64,000 nucleotides of DNA from Thermoanaerobaculia bacterium (GCA_963666565.1 OY762911.1:640001-704000); one strand, 5' to 3'. Numbered from the stretch's first letter, positions 42,142-52,376 are shown. Numbers and translations: made by a program. Notes: generated from the sequence alone by a model not told the origin.

Positions 42142-42819
42142 ATGCCCCGGCACAACCGAACCGCATTCCGGACCGCGTTCTTCGTCTTGGTCAGTACAGG
42201 TGTCTCGTTCGCTTACATCGGTTGCCAGGGCACGGAGGGTCCGGAGGAATCCGGGCCCAGCCGGATCGTCCTCCACGGGCCCGGGCTCGGCCTCGCCGAT
42301 CTGCCCGACGGCTGCGCGCAGGTGGAAACCGGCGAGCATCCGCTGGAGCTCTCCTGCGAGCTGCTCGAGACGACGGAAACCCCGGCCGGGCCCGCGGGCA
42401 CGATCCGCCTGGAGCTGGGCGAGCCAACAGCGAGCCACATCGAACTGGCGGAAGTCTCCGCGCTCGACGCCATCCGGGAGGAGCAGCGGCCGCTGTTCGA
42501 GGCGCTGCCCGGAGGCGAGTTCCTGGGCGTCGGCGGCGCGCTCTTCTACGGCCCCTTCGGACCCGCGCGCTACTCCCGCGGCCGGTTCCAGGCCGAGGAC
42601 GGAACGGCCCTCCAGCGCATTCGCCTCTTCATGGTCCATCCCCTGGAAAACCGGGTCGTCAGCCTCGTCTACGACCATCCCTCGGGCGACAACGCGGACA
42701 CGGCGGCGCGGGTCAACAACCATCTCCTCATCCTCCTGGAGAACTTCCGGACCGCGGACGAACTCCTGGCCGAGGAGGGGGACGGGGAGGGCGCGGCGGA
42801 GGCGCCGGCGACCGACTGA
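42142..42819 (+). CDS. Hypothetical lipoprotein
   Basis: Basic n-region, hydrophobic stretch, YIGC lipobox-like motif. Confidence 0.65.
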   Translation: MPRHNRTAFRTAFFVLVSTGVSFAYIGCQGTEGPEESGPSRIVLHGPGLGLADLPDGCAQVETGEHPLELSCELLETTETPAGPAGTIRLELGEPTASHIELAEVSALDAIREEQRPLFEALPGGEFLGVGGALFYGPFGPARYSRGRFQAEDGTALQRIRLFMVHPLENRVVSLVYDHPSGDNADTAARVNNHLLILLENFRTADELLAEEGDGEGAAEAPATD

Positions 42820-42873
42820 TCCCCGGTCCCTTCGCGACGTTCGCGGCGCCCGCGTTCCGGGAGGCCGCTGAAC

Positions 42874-44016
42874 GTGTTCCGCGCCCCCTGGCTCGCCGAC
42901 GAGGACGAACTCCTCGCGCCCGAACCCGCCGAGCGGGAGGCGCCGGGGCCGTGGCGGCCGCGCTGGTACCGCCCAGGCCAGCGCGTCGGGCCGAAGACCC
43001 TCGCCGTCTTCACCCGGCAACTGGCCGTCCTGCTGGACGCGGGCCTGCCCCTGCTCCAGGGCCTGGAGATCCTGAGCATCCAGGGCCAGCACGCGGGGCT
43101 TCGCGCCATTCTGCTGGAGGTGCGCTCCGAGGTCCAAGCGGGGTCCAGCCTGGCGGAAGCGATGAAGCGGCGGCCGCGGGCGTTCAACGACCTGTACGTC
43201 AACCTGGTGGCCGCGGGCGAGGCCAGCGGCGCGCTCCACGCGGTGATGGAGCGGCTCGCCACCCACATCGAGAAGGTGGCGAAGCTGCGCAACCAGGTCC
43301 GCTCCGCCCTCACCTACCCGGCCGCCATCCTCACCGTCGCCGCCGCGGTCGTGTTTCTCATCCTGTGGAAGGTGATTCCCGTGTTTCGGCTCGTCTTCGA
43401 GGACCTGGGAGGCGACCTTCCGTTCCTGACGCGGCTGGTGGTCGGCGTCAGCGAGTTCATCGGCGCCTGGGCGCTCGTCCTGCTGGGCGGCGGCGCGGCG
43501 GCGGCATTCGCGGCGAACCGGCTGCTCCGCACCCGCCGGGGCCGGCAATGGGCCGACCGGCTGGCGCTGCGGCTGCCGCTCGTCGGCAAGCTGCTGCTGC
43601 GGATCGTCGTGGGACGCGCCTGCCGCACCCTCTCCGTCCTGCTGGCCTCGGGCATACCGATCCTCGAGGCGCTGGGCACCGCCGCCGGCGCCGCCGGCAA
43701 CACGGTCGTCGAAGGAGCGCTGCGAACCGTCCGCGGCGAAGTCGAGCAGGGCGGCTCGATCCACGCCTCGCTGCGGGCGACGAACGTCTTCCCGACGATG
43801 CTCTGCCAGATCGTCCATGTCGGCGAACAGACCGGCACGCTGGGTCCGATGCTCGACCGCATCGCCGACTTCTACGAGCAGGAGGTCGACGCTGACGTCG
43901 ACAGCCTGATGAAGCTGCTCGAACCGGCGCTGATCACCGTGCTCGGCGTGGTGATCGGCGTCATCGTCATTTCGATGTACCTGCCGATGTACTCGGCGTT
44001 GACCCGAATCGGCTGA
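42874..44016 (+). CDS. pilC: Type IV pilus/T2SS platform protein (PilC/GspF family)
   Basis: FTRQLAVLLDAGLPL, AGEASG, ALTYP, VGEQTG, LLEP, MYLPMY. Confidence 0.9.
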   Translation: MFRAPWLADEDELLAPEPAEREAPGPWRPRWYRPGQRVGPKTLAVFTRQLAVLLDAGLPLLQGLEILSIQGQHAGLRAILLEVRSEVQAGSSLAEAMKRRPRAFNDLYVNLVAAGEASGALHAVMERLATHIEKVAKLRNQVRSALTYPAAILTVAAAVVFLILWKVIPVFRLVFEDLGGDLPFLTRLVVGVSEFIGAWALVLLGGGAAAAFAANRLLRTRRGRQWADRLALRLPLVGKLLLRIVVGRACRTLSVLLASGIPILEALGTAAGAAGNTVVEGALRTVRGEVEQGGSIHASLRATNVFPTMLCQIVHVGEQTGTLGPMLDRIADFYEQEVDADVDSLMKLLEPALITVLGVVIGVIVISMYLPMYSALTRIG

Positions 44017-44070
44017 GGGCGCCCGGCGGAACCGTTGACGGCGGGCCGCCGGCTCGGATAACAACGCGCC

Positions 44071-45378
44071 ATGCTCTCTCCCGAGGACGCCTGGGCCGCC
44101 GTTGCCGCGGAAGCGGAGACGCTCGGCAGCGAGCGGGTGACTCGCGCCGCCGCGGTCGGCCGGATCCTTGCCGAGGGTCTGACCGCGACCGTCGACGTGC
44201 CCGCCCACGACGTCTCGGCGATGGACGGCTTCGCTCTCGGCGGCGACGTCGAGCCGGGCGCCGTCCTGCCGGTCGGCGGCATCGTGGCCGCCGGCGACCC
44301 TCCCGGAGCGGAACTCCGCCCCGGCACGGCCCTGCGGATCATGACCGGAGCACCAACGCCGGCCGGCGCCGACCGCGTGGTCCCGATCGAACAGACCGAG
44401 TTCGACGCCGGCGCCGCGGGAACCGATGGGTGCGCGGGTCTTCCGACCCGCCGGGTGCGCGGGTCTTCCGACCCGCTTCCGCCGAAGGGAGCGTCCGCCG
44501 CCGGCACGGGCACGGTCCGCATCGTGGAAACCGTGCCCGCGGGGCGCCACATCCGCCGCCAGGCCGAGGTCACGGCGGCCGGAGGACCGCTGCTCGCCGA
44601 GGGAGAGCTGCTGACCCCCGGCGGGGCCGGCGTGCTGGCGACCCACGGCATCCACGAAGCACGGGTCGTTCGGCGTCCGGCCGTCGCCACGCTCTCCACC
44701 GGCGACGAGGTCGTCCCCGCCGAAGCCGAACCCGGCCCCGGTCAGCTTCGCGACTCCCACCGCGACTTTCTCCGCGCGGCTCTCTCGCAACTCGGCATCG
44801 AGGCCCGCTCGCTCGGCATCGCGCGGGACGACCCGGCCGAGCTGCGCGCCAAGGTCGAACGCGGCCTCGACGCCGACGTCCTCCTGATCTCCGGCGGCGT
44901 CTCCATGGGCGAGTTCGACTTCGTCGAGCAGGTCCTGGGCGACACCGGCGTCGGTTGCCGCATCCTGTTCGACGCGGTCGCCATCCAGCCGGGAAAACCG
45001 GTCGTTGCCGCCCGCCACGACAGGGGCTGGGTGTTCGGTCTGCCCGGCAACCCGGCCTCGGCGATGGTCACCTACTGGCTGTTCGTGCGGCCGCTCCTGC
45101 GGCGCATGACCGGCACGGACGATGGCTACTGGCGGGGCGCGCTCCGGGGGCGGCTCAAGGGCGGCCTGCCGCCGGCCAAGGGCCGCGACCGCTTCCTGCC
45201 CTGCCGGCTCGAGACGTCGTCCGGCGAAGTGCTGGTCGATCCCCGGTCGCCCCTCGGCTCCCACGACCTCGTGGCCTACGGCGCCGGCGCCGGCCTCGTG
45301 CGCGTGCCGAAGTTCAGTGCCCCGGCCGTCGCGGGAGATCCCTGCGAAGCGCTGCCCCTGGGTGCGCGGATCCCCTGA
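44071..45378 (+). CDS. moeA: Molybdopterin molybdenumtransferase
   Basis: SAMDGFAL, IMTGAP, LSTGDE, SGGVSMG, QPGKP, LPGNP; in-frame REP pair at 44428-44476; stop codon inside the REP at 45360-45383. Confidence 0.95.
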   Translation: MLSPEDAWAAVAAEAETLGSERVTRAAAVGRILAEGLTATVDVPAHDVSAMDGFALGGDVEPGAVLPVGGIVAAGDPPGAELRPGTALRIMTGAPTPAGADRVVPIEQTEFDAGAAGTDGCAGLPTRRVRGSSDPLPPKGASAAGTGTVRIVETVPAGRHIRRQAEVTAAGGPLLAEGELLTPGGAGVLATHGIHEARVVRRPAVATLSTGDEVVPAEAEPGPGQLRDSHRDFLRAALSQLGIEARSLGIARDDPAELRAKVERGLDADVLLISGGVSMGEFDFVEQVLGDTGVGCRILFDAVAIQPGKPVVAARHDRGWVFGLPGNPASAMVTYWLFVRPLLRRMTGTDDGYWRGALRGRLKGGLPPAKGRDRFLPCRLETSSGEVLVDPRSPLGSHDLVAYGAGAGLVRVPKFSAPAVAGDPCEALPLGARIP

Positions 45379-45477
45379 CCCGCCGCCGGCACAGCCAGCC
45401 AGGAATCGCGCCGGCCGCCAGGCCGGCGCCGCCCGAAGTACTCCACGACACAACCGCTGCTACAATCCCGCGCCGCC

Positions 45478-45822
45478 ATGCCTCTCTACGAGTACCAGTG
45501 CAACGACTGCGACGCCACGCTGGAGACCATCCAGGCATTCTCCGCGCCACCGCTGGAGGAATGCCCCGAGTGCGGCCGGCCCAGCCTGAAGAAGCTGCTG
45601 TCCGCGCCCGCCTTCCAGTTCAAGGGCAGCGGCTGGTACGTGAACGACTACGCCCGCAAGGACAACGCCAACGGCGGCAAGTCCAACGGCGCATCCGCGA
45701 ACGACAGCGGCGCGGACACCAACGGCAAGACCGCAAAGTCGTCGTCCGACTCAAGCAAGAAGGCGAAGAAGTCCGCATCCTCCCCCTCGAAGAGCGAGTC
45801 GTCCAGCGCCGCCACGCCGTAA
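45478..45822 (+). CDS. FmdB-family zinc-ribbon protein
   Basis: MPLYEYQCNDC...CPEC...FKGSGWY plus Ser/Lys-rich tail. Confidence 0.92.
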   Translation: MPLYEYQCNDCDATLETIQAFSAPPLEECPECGRPSLKKLLSAPAFQFKGSGWYVNDYARKDNANGGKSNGASANDSGADTNGKTAKSSSDSSKKAKKSASSPSKSESSSAATP

Positions 45823-45891
45823 CGCCAGCGGATCCGCAATTCCCTGCAAGCGGGGTGGCTGCAGGAGGCCCTCAGCGGCCAACGCCGGCCA

Positions 45892-46067
45892 GCCGGTCGG
45901 GAGGCCAGGGGGCGGATGCCAGGGAGCTTGGAGCGAGCGACGCCCGACGCCGTGACGCGAACCGCTTGCCGACCGGAGCGAGCGGAATGCAGTGAGCGCC
46001 ACCCTCTCCAATCATCCGACAAGGCGCGAACGGTCGCTGGCATCCGCCCCCTGGCCTCCTGACCGGC
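45892..46067. repeat. Long-hairpin element copy D (31-bp IR, one mismatch, 114-nt loop)
   Basis: 45892-45922 pairs with 46037-46067; loop homologous to copies A and B while the stem sequence differs. Confidence 0.8.
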
Positions 46068-46078
46068 GGGCGAGCACT

Positions 46079-46177
46079 TGGCGGAAGCGCATGGGAATCG
46101 AACCCACCCCCGGGGCGCATCACGCACCGGAAAACGGTTTTGAAGACCGCAGGAGGCACCAGCCCCCGAGCGCTTCC
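46079..46177 (-). tRNA. selC: tRNA-Sec (anticodon UCA)
   Basis: GGAAGCGC extended acceptor stem, GCGGT-CTTCAAA-ACCGT anticodon arm, long variable arm, GGTTCGATTCC, 3' GCCA; 99 nt. Confidence 0.93.
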
Positions 46178-46232
46178 GCAGTCAGCATATCCTCGGCGTT
46201 CCGACCCGGAACCTGACGAGGAGCGCCCGACG

Positions 46233-46841
46233 ATGACCACACCGACCGCCGCCGACCCGCGCCGACCCGCGCCCCTGCTCGGCCTGACGCTCCTGCTTCT
46301 GGCATGCGGCGCGGAAGCGCCCGCCGAGGGAGGCGGCGCCGGCGCCCAGGAAACGCGGGAGACGGTGGAACTCTCCGAGCCCATCGCCGCCAGCGGCCTC
46401 TCCATCGCGCTGCCGGCCGCCTGGAACCGTCTGGCGCCGAGGTCGTCGATGCGCATGCTGGAGGCGGAGATCCCCGGTTCGGCCGGCCCCGGCGAGATCT
46501 CCGCGTACTACTTCGGACCCGGCGGAGGCGGCGGCCCGGCCGCCAACGTCGAACGGTGGAAGAGCCAGGTCGCGCTCGATCCCGGAGCGCCCGAGCCGAC
46601 CGTGCAGAGCCGCGAGAGCGGCGGCGTCCGCCGTACCTGGATCGAACTGGAAGGCACGGTCAAGGCGAGCACGATCGGCAGCTTCCCGACGACCGATCTG
46701 CACGACGGAGCGCTCTTCGGGGCCGTGATCGAAGCGCCCGGCGGTCCCTGGTACCTGCGCGCCGTCGGACCGGGCGCGACGATGAGGGAACAGCGCCAAG
46801 CGTTCCTGGCGATGCTCGACAGCGCCCGCCCCGAAGGCTAG
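46233..46841 (+). CDS. Hypothetical lipoprotein
   Basis: LLLLAC lipobox; GGG..ANVERW..Q motif; GAGGAG RBS. Confidence 0.8.
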   Translation: MTTPTAADPRRPAPLLGLTLLLLACGAEAPAEGGGAGAQETRETVELSEPIAASGLSIALPAAWNRLAPRSSMRMLEAEIPGSAGPGEISAYYFGPGGGGGPAANVERWKSQVALDPGAPEPTVQSRESGGVRRTWIELEGTVKASTIGSFPTTDLHDGALFGAVIEAPGGPWYLRAVGPGATMREQRQAFLAMLDSARPEG

Positions 46842-46880
46842 GAGCATGCGCCGCAGAACGCGGCGAAGCGGCGTCGGAGG

Positions 46881-46912
46881 CACCCGCCCGTCTTGGGTCA
46901 GGAGGGGTCGGC
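46881..46912. repeat. Truncated long-hairpin element copy C (left arm only)
   Basis: CACCCGCCCGTCTTGGGTCAGGAGGGGTCGGC is identical to 1963-1994. Confidence 0.8.
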
Positions 46913-46935
46913 CGCGCACCGAGCGGACCGAAACG

Positions 46936-47011
<76 letters not shown>

Positions 47012-47114
47012 ACGGGTCGGCGGCGCGCGAGTGTAGCAGCCTCGGTTGGCGCTCGCCGCCGAAAGCGGATCCGGCCTGACGGGCCGGTGTTGTCTCCGGC
47101 CGCCTTCGGCGGCA

Positions 47115-47137
47115 GCGGGTCGGAAGACCCGCGCACC
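47115..47137 (-). repeat. REP palindrome
   Basis: GCGGGTCGGAAGACCCGCGCACC. Confidence 0.9.
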
Positions 47138-47153
47138 GACAGGCGGCGAACGT

Positions 47154-47705
47154 CTAGAACTGGTACGCCAGCCCGGCGTGGACCGTGGCGTGGGTGCTGG
47201 CGGCGTCGAGGTCCGCGTAGTGGCCCGCCAGGTCGACCAGGATCGAGAACCGCTCGTTGATCGGAAACTCGCCCGTGACGCCCAGGGTCAGGCCGACTCC
47301 CTCTTCGCTCTCGACTCCGTCGCCGAGCTGGTAGACGCCGAGGCCCATGAACACGCCCGACTCGTAGTACAGGTCGTTGAATCGGTACTCGCCGGCGATC
47401 GTCGCGTAGCGGAAGGTCGGGCTGACCAGGGCGCCCACCTGGTCGCCGCTCAGGTCCATGCTGCCGAAGCGCACGCCGACCGAGGTCCGCGGCTGGGTCC
47501 GCCACGAGAAGCTCGCCAGAAAGCCCGTGTGGTCGAGCCCGCCGTCCGGCTCTCCGTCGAGGCTGCCGCCGAAGGTCGGTCCCAGCGAGACGGTGTAGCT
47601 GTACCGCTCCTGGGCTTCGACGGCCGCGGCGCCCGCCAGAAGCAGCAGGAGGGCCGCCAGCGCCGGAACGGCGGCGGCCCGAGGTCTTGGATGCGATGAG
47701 GTCAA
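47154..47705 (-). CDS. Small outer-membrane beta-barrel protein
   Basis: Signal peptide, alternating beta strands, C-terminal YQF. Confidence 0.75.
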   Translation of the reverse strand: MTSSHPRPRAAAVPALAALLLLLAGAAAVEAQERYSYTVSLGPTFGGSLDGEPDGGLDHTGFLASFSWRTQPRTSVGVRFGSMDLSGDQVGALVSPTFRYATIAGEYRFNDLYYESGVFMGLGVYQLGDGVESEEGVGLTLGVTGEFPINERFSILVDLAGHYADLDAASTHATVHAGLAYQF

Positions 47706-47859
47706 GAGAATCTCCCGAGTTTCCCGCGCCGCGCAGTATAGACGCGGGTGGAATCCGTCCTTGTCGACAGGATGATCCGAAACCGCCCACCCGTGCGCGG
47801 ACTGCCCAGGCGGCGCCGGACCGACGGCCGGCGGCGTTACCGGGCCGCCTTCGGCGGCG

Positions 47860-47883
47860 GCGGGTCAGAGGACCCGCGCACCC
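47860..47883 (-). repeat. REP palindrome
   Basis: GCGGGTCAGAGGACCCGCGCACCC. Confidence 0.88.
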
Positions 47884-48011
47884 GGCAGGCCGCCTCCCGG
47901 CGACTGTCCACTTCCTTGTACGGATCGGCGAGGCGAAACGTCCTCGCGGCGCGGATCCGGTCCGGCGCGCCGCGCCCGGGCCGGCGCCGGTCGCGGCTGG
48001 TCCGGGGCTGC

Positions 48012-48749
48012 ATGCGGCTGGCCCGGCGCTTCCCCGCCTTTGCCCTCCGGCTGCTCCTGCCCCGGCCCTGCCTCGCCTGCTCGGCGCCGGCCGACCGGGA
48101 GTTCGGCCTGTGCGCGGACTGCCGGCGCCTGCTCGCGCCTCCGCCCCCTGCCGCGGTCGCCGAAGGCGACTCGGCAAGCCGCGAGCCGGGGGCCGAAGCG
48201 CGTTCGTCGCGTCCGCCCCGCGGAGACCCGGCCGCCGAAGACTGCCCGGACGACTGCGACGCCTGCCTCTGGCTCCGGGCCTACGGTCCGCCGTTCGACC
48301 GGGTCGTCCTGGGCCTGAAGTACCGCCGACTCGACTACTTGGGCCGCCACATCGCCGGCGAAGCCGTCGCCTGCCTGGGCGCCGAACTGAAGCGGGCGGA
48401 CGTCGTCGTGCCCGTGCCGATGCACTGGCGCCGCCGGCTCGCCCGCGGCCGCAACCACGCCGAGTCGATCGCCCGTCCGCTCGCCCTGGGCCTCGGCCTC
48501 CCCCTGTCGCCCGCGCTGAGGAGGCGGACCCTGGGCCAGCGGCAGGTCGGCCGGGGACGCCGCGAGCGGCTGGCGAACCCGGGAATCGCCTTCGCCTGCC
48601 GCAGACCCGCCGCTGTCCGCGACCGGGTCGTGCTCCTGGTCGACGATGTGGTCACCACCGGCGCCACGGCCAGCGGCGCCGCGCGCGCCCTCAAGGCGGC
48701 GGGCGCCGCCAAGGTCGTCGTTTTCGCCGCCGCGCGCACGCCCGCCTGA
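48012..48749 (+). CDS. comF: ComF-family phosphoribosyltransferase-domain protein
   Basis: CLAC..CADC zinc ribbon, VPVPMHWRR...RGRN, LLVDDVVTTGAT. Confidence 0.9.
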   Translation: MRLARRFPAFALRLLLPRPCLACSAPADREFGLCADCRRLLAPPPPAAVAEGDSASREPGAEARSSRPPRGDPAAEDCPDDCDACLWLRAYGPPFDRVVLGLKYRRLDYLGRHIAGEAVACLGAELKRADVVVPVPMHWRRRLARGRNHAESIARPLALGLGLPLSPALRRRTLGQRQVGRGRRERLANPGIAFACRRPAAVRDRVVLLVDDVVTTGATASGAARALKAAGAAKVVVFAAARTPA

Positions 48750-48776
48750 ACGGCGTCCGCTATAGTGACGTGCAGC

Positions 48777-50834
48777 ATGACCTGCCGGCTGCATCCCGGC
48801 GACTCCCGGCTGGCCGCCGCGCGAGCCCGCGCGCTCTCGGCCGGAGTCCTCGCGCCCGTCGCCGCGGCGGCCCTTCTGGGGGCCGCGCCCCTCCGGGCCG
48901 GCCTCGACGTGCCGAGCCTGGGCGATCCGCTGGCCGGACGACTGATCGGCAGCGTCCACGCCGGCAAGGCGCCGCTGCCGGCGGCCCGGGTCTACGTATA
49001 CGACGTCGCCGACCGCAGCAAGCGGAAGACGACGACCGACCGCTTCGGCCGCTACGCCTTTCAGCCCCTGCCGGCCGGCGTCTACAAGGTCGTCGCCCAC
49101 CGGCCGGGGTTCGTGCCGGCGGTGGCGGAACTCGTTCGGACCACCGGCGAGTCCGTCCAGTCGCTCGATTTCGAGCTCGGCGCCCGCGAGCGCCGGCCCG
49201 CCGGCGAGAAGACCGACGACGGCGAGGACGACTTCTGGTCCGTCCGCCAGCGCATCCCGAGCGACGTCCTGCGCCAGATCCAGATCGCCGAGGCGATAGC
49301 GGGCAACCAGGACTGGGCGCTCGAATCGGCCGTCCAGCGCGAGCGCTTCGAGGCCGAACTGCGGACCCTGTCGGGCATCGAGGACGCGGGCGGCGACGCC
49401 GGCGCCCGGGTCCACGGCGGCCAGTTCGACCTGCGCAGCCGGTTCGGCGAGACGCAGCTCGCCCTGCGGTCCGACCTCCGCGAGTTCGAGCGTCAGGCGT
49501 TCGACCGGGATCGCCGGCAGTTGGGCGACAGCCAGGCGTTCGCCCTCGACGTGAACCACCGCGGCTCGAACGTCCGGATCACGTCCCAGCGGCACCGATT
49601 CCGCGGCACGGACGCCGCCGCCTGGGACGACTGGGGCCCGGCCCCGTTCGAGGGCCTGGAGAGCTACGGCGTGCGGGTCGAACAGGCGGCCGGCCGGGGC
49701 GGCGCCCACTTCGAGGCCCGCTACACCGCCGACCGCAACTACCACCACGGTTTCGGCGACCTCTACGCCGGCCGGAGCGGCATGCACAGCATGGCGATGG
49801 CGGCCATCGACTCGCCCATGTCCTCGACCACCGTCGAGTTCCGGGGCGGCTACGAGCGGCAGATCACGGCCAACACCTCGCTCGAGGCCGGGCTGAGCTA
49901 TCGCGAGCGGCAGGCGTACGGGAACGCGCCGTTCTCGACCTGGGGCGAAGGTCCGCACCAGCGGTTCGACGTGTTCAGCCAGGGCGCCTGGGAGATCCAG
50001 CCCACGGTCGTCCTCGAGTACGGGATGTTCAGCACCCTGAGCGACGGCAGCGTCTCCTTCACGCCCCGCGCCGGCTTCGTGGTGGAACTGGGTTCCCGCT
50101 GGCTGGCCGCCTTTGCCGCCAGCGAGAGGGTGGACTCGGAACACCTCCTCTTCCGCGACTTCCTGCAGGTCCAGTACCACGACGACGACGCCTGCACGAC
50201 GACCTACGAGCACTGCTACCGGATCGAACTCGGCCGCCGGCTCGGCGCCGTGGACGACAGCCAGCGGGTCGACTTCGGCTTCACCCAGCGCCAGTTCGCG
50301 GACAGCGTCCGGCTGTACTTCAGCCGCGACATCTTCGAGCGGCTGGAGAGCCTGCTGCTGCTGGACGGCGACCAGGTCGCCGAACTCCACTTCGGGCTCC
50401 AGCAGCGCCTGGGCGACAAGATCCTGACCCGGGTCGACGCCTCGGCCGCCGACGGCGGAGGCGGCCTGCTCCGCGCCAAGGGCGCCGGCGGCAACCTGGA
50501 GAACCGGGTCCGTTACGTGGTCGCCAGCGTCGACACGCGGTTCGAGCGCAGTTCCACCGGCGTACTGGTCGCATTCCGCCGGGTCGACCAGGAGCTGTCG
50601 CCCCTGGCCCGCGGCGACAGGTCGCCGACCACCGGCCCGAACTCGGTGCTCTCCGTGGAGCGCCTGCAGGTCCTCCTGACCCAGGGGCTGCCGTGGATCA
50701 CCGGCACCGGCATCCACGACTGGGCGCTCCAGCTCGAGATGCAGCTCAGCCGCGGCCATCTCCCGGTCGATTCCAGCCAGGACCCGGATCAGTTCCGCCG
50801 CAGGGTCGTCGCTGGCATCGCGGTCCGTTTCTGA
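48777..50834 (+). CDS. Outer-membrane protein: carboxypeptidase-regulatory-like domain plus beta barrel
   Basis: TTTDRFGRYAF..LPAGVY.V motif; amphipathic strands; terminal Phe. Confidence 0.75.
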   Translation: MTCRLHPGDSRLAAARARALSAGVLAPVAAAALLGAAPLRAGLDVPSLGDPLAGRLIGSVHAGKAPLPAARVYVYDVADRSKRKTTTDRFGRYAFQPLPAGVYKVVAHRPGFVPAVAELVRTTGESVQSLDFELGARERRPAGEKTDDGEDDFWSVRQRIPSDVLRQIQIAEAIAGNQDWALESAVQRERFEAELRTLSGIEDAGGDAGARVHGGQFDLRSRFGETQLALRSDLREFERQAFDRDRRQLGDSQAFALDVNHRGSNVRITSQRHRFRGTDAAAWDDWGPAPFEGLESYGVRVEQAAGRGGAHFEARYTADRNYHHGFGDLYAGRSGMHSMAMAAIDSPMSSTTVEFRGGYERQITANTSLEAGLSYRERQAYGNAPFSTWGEGPHQRFDVFSQGAWEIQPTVVLEYGMFSTLSDGSVSFTPRAGFVVELGSRWLAAFAASERVDSEHLLFRDFLQVQYHDDDACTTTYEHCYRIELGRRLGAVDDSQRVDFGFTQRQFADSVRLYFSRDIFERLESLLLLDGDQVAELHFGLQQRLGDKILTRVDASAADGGGGLLRAKGAGGNLENRVRYVVASVDTRFERSSTGVLVAFRRVDQELSPLARGDRSPTTGPNSVLSVERLQVLLTQGLPWITGTGIHDWALQLEMQLSRGHLPVDSSQDPDQFRRRVVAGIAVRF

Positions 50835-50850
50835 CGCCGCCGGGTGCGCT

Positions 50851-50874
50851 GGGTGCGCGGGTCTTCTGACCCGC
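50851..50874 (+). repeat. REP palindrome
   Basis: GGGTGCGCGGGTCTTCTGACCCGC. Confidence 0.9.
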
Positions 50875-50926
50875 TCCGGGCGGCGGCGCTACACTGGAGG
50901 AGCGACGCACTCGAGGAGGATCCCGG

Positions 50927-52321
50927 ATGTCCCTGCTGATTCGCAACGGACGCATCGTGACGGCGGTAGACGACTACCGCGCCGACATCTTCGTCGAGGA
51001 CGAGACCGTCTCGCTGATCGGCCGCGACCTGGACGTGGAGGCGGACCGGACGATCGACGCGGCGGGACGGCTGGTCATCCCGGGCGGCGTCGATCCGCAC
51101 ACCCACATGGACATGCCGTTCGGCGGCACGACGAGCGCCGACGACTTCGAAACCGGCACCCGGGCGGCCGCCTTCGGCGGCACGACGACGATCGTCGACT
51201 TCGCGATCCAGACCAAGGGGCACTCGACCCTCGAGGGCCTCGAGACCTGGCACGAGAAGGCCGCCGGCAAGGCGGGCATCGACTACGGCTTCCACATGAT
51301 CGTCACCGACATGGAGGACGACCGGCTGTGGGAGATGCGGCGGCTGGCCGACGAGGGCGTGACCTCCTACAAGATGTTCATGGCCTACCCGGGCGTGCTC
51401 TACGTGGACGACGGCACCCTGTTCCGGGCGATGCGCAAGGCCGGCGAGGACGGCACCCTGGTCTGCATGCATGCCGAGAACGGGATCGTCATCGACGAGA
51501 TCGTGAAGATCGCGCTCGCCGAGGGCAAGACGGCTCCGAAGTACCACGCTCTGACCCGGCCCACGCGGATGGAAGCCGAGGGCGTCCACCGTTCCATCGC
51601 GATCGCCGAGGTGGCCGGCGTGCCCGTCTACATCGTCCACCTGAGCTCCGCCGACGCGCTGGAACAGGTGACCCTGGCCCGCGACCGCGGCGCCCAGGTG
51701 TTCGCGGAAACCTGCCCGCAGTACCTCTTCCTGGACCTCAGCCACTACGACCACGACGACTTCGAGGGCGCCAAGTACGTGATGACGCCGCCGCTCCGCG
51801 AGAAGTGGAACCAGGAACACCTCTGGCGGGGGCTCGGCTTCGGCGACCTGCAGAGCATCTCGACCGACCACTGCCCCTTCTGCTTCAAGGACCAGAAGGT
51901 CCTCGGAATCGACGACTTCAGCAAGATCCCGAACGGCGGTCCGGGCGTCGAAAACCGGATGAGCCTGGTCTACAACGGCGGCGTCGTGGGCGGCCGGCTG
52001 TCGGTCAACAAGTTCGTCGAGCTGACCTCGACGGCGGCCGCCAAGCTGTTCGGACTGTTCCCGAAGAAGGGGACGATCGCCGTCGGCAGCGACGCGGACA
52101 TCGTCGTGTTCAACCCGGAGCGCCGCGAGACGATCAGCATCGACAACCCGCACACGCACCACATGAACGTGGACTACAACGCCTACGAGGGGACGGAGGT
52201 CCAGGGAGTCTCGGAGATCGTGATCAGCCGGGGCCGCGTGGTCGTCGAGGACAACGTCTGGCACGGGCGCGCCGGCGGGGGTAACTTCATCAAGCGGGGG
52301 CTGTTCGGCGGCCCGTTCTAA
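50927..52321 (+). CDS. hydA: Dihydropyrimidinase / D-hydantoinase
   Basis: PGGVDPHTHM, SYKMFMAY, MHAENG, YIVHLS, ETCPQYL, STDHCPF. Confidence 0.96.
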   Translation: MSLLIRNGRIVTAVDDYRADIFVEDETVSLIGRDLDVEADRTIDAAGRLVIPGGVDPHTHMDMPFGGTTSADDFETGTRAAAFGGTTTIVDFAIQTKGHSTLEGLETWHEKAAGKAGIDYGFHMIVTDMEDDRLWEMRRLADEGVTSYKMFMAYPGVLYVDDGTLFRAMRKAGEDGTLVCMHAENGIVIDEIVKIALAEGKTAPKYHALTRPTRMEAEGVHRSIAIAEVAGVPVYIVHLSSADALEQVTLARDRGAQVFAETCPQYLFLDLSHYDHDDFEGAKYVMTPPLREKWNQEHLWRGLGFGDLQSISTDHCPFCFKDQKVLGIDDFSKIPNGGPGVENRMSLVYNGGVVGGRLSVNKFVELTSTAAAKLFGLFPKKGTIAVGSDADIVVFNPERRETISIDNPHTHHMNVDYNAYEGTEVQGVSEIVISRGRVVVEDNVWHGRAGGGNFIKRGLFGGPF

Positions 52322-52376
52322 GCAATGCGGCGCCGGCCTTGCGGCCGGCGCGAGTATCCGGCCGCGTGCGGCGGCA

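Noticed and set aside
42817-42873. In-frame TGA between the lipoprotein and pilC as selenocysteine readthrough
   Set aside because: Same frame has a 1-in-3 chance, there is no redox-motif context, and a lipoprotein-PilC fusion is topologically implausible
40729-45453. 1574-aa minus-strand ORF
   Set aside because: Only the last 442 aa (AsnB-like) look real; the rest is antisense to the lipoprotein, pilC and moeA genes in GC-rich DNA
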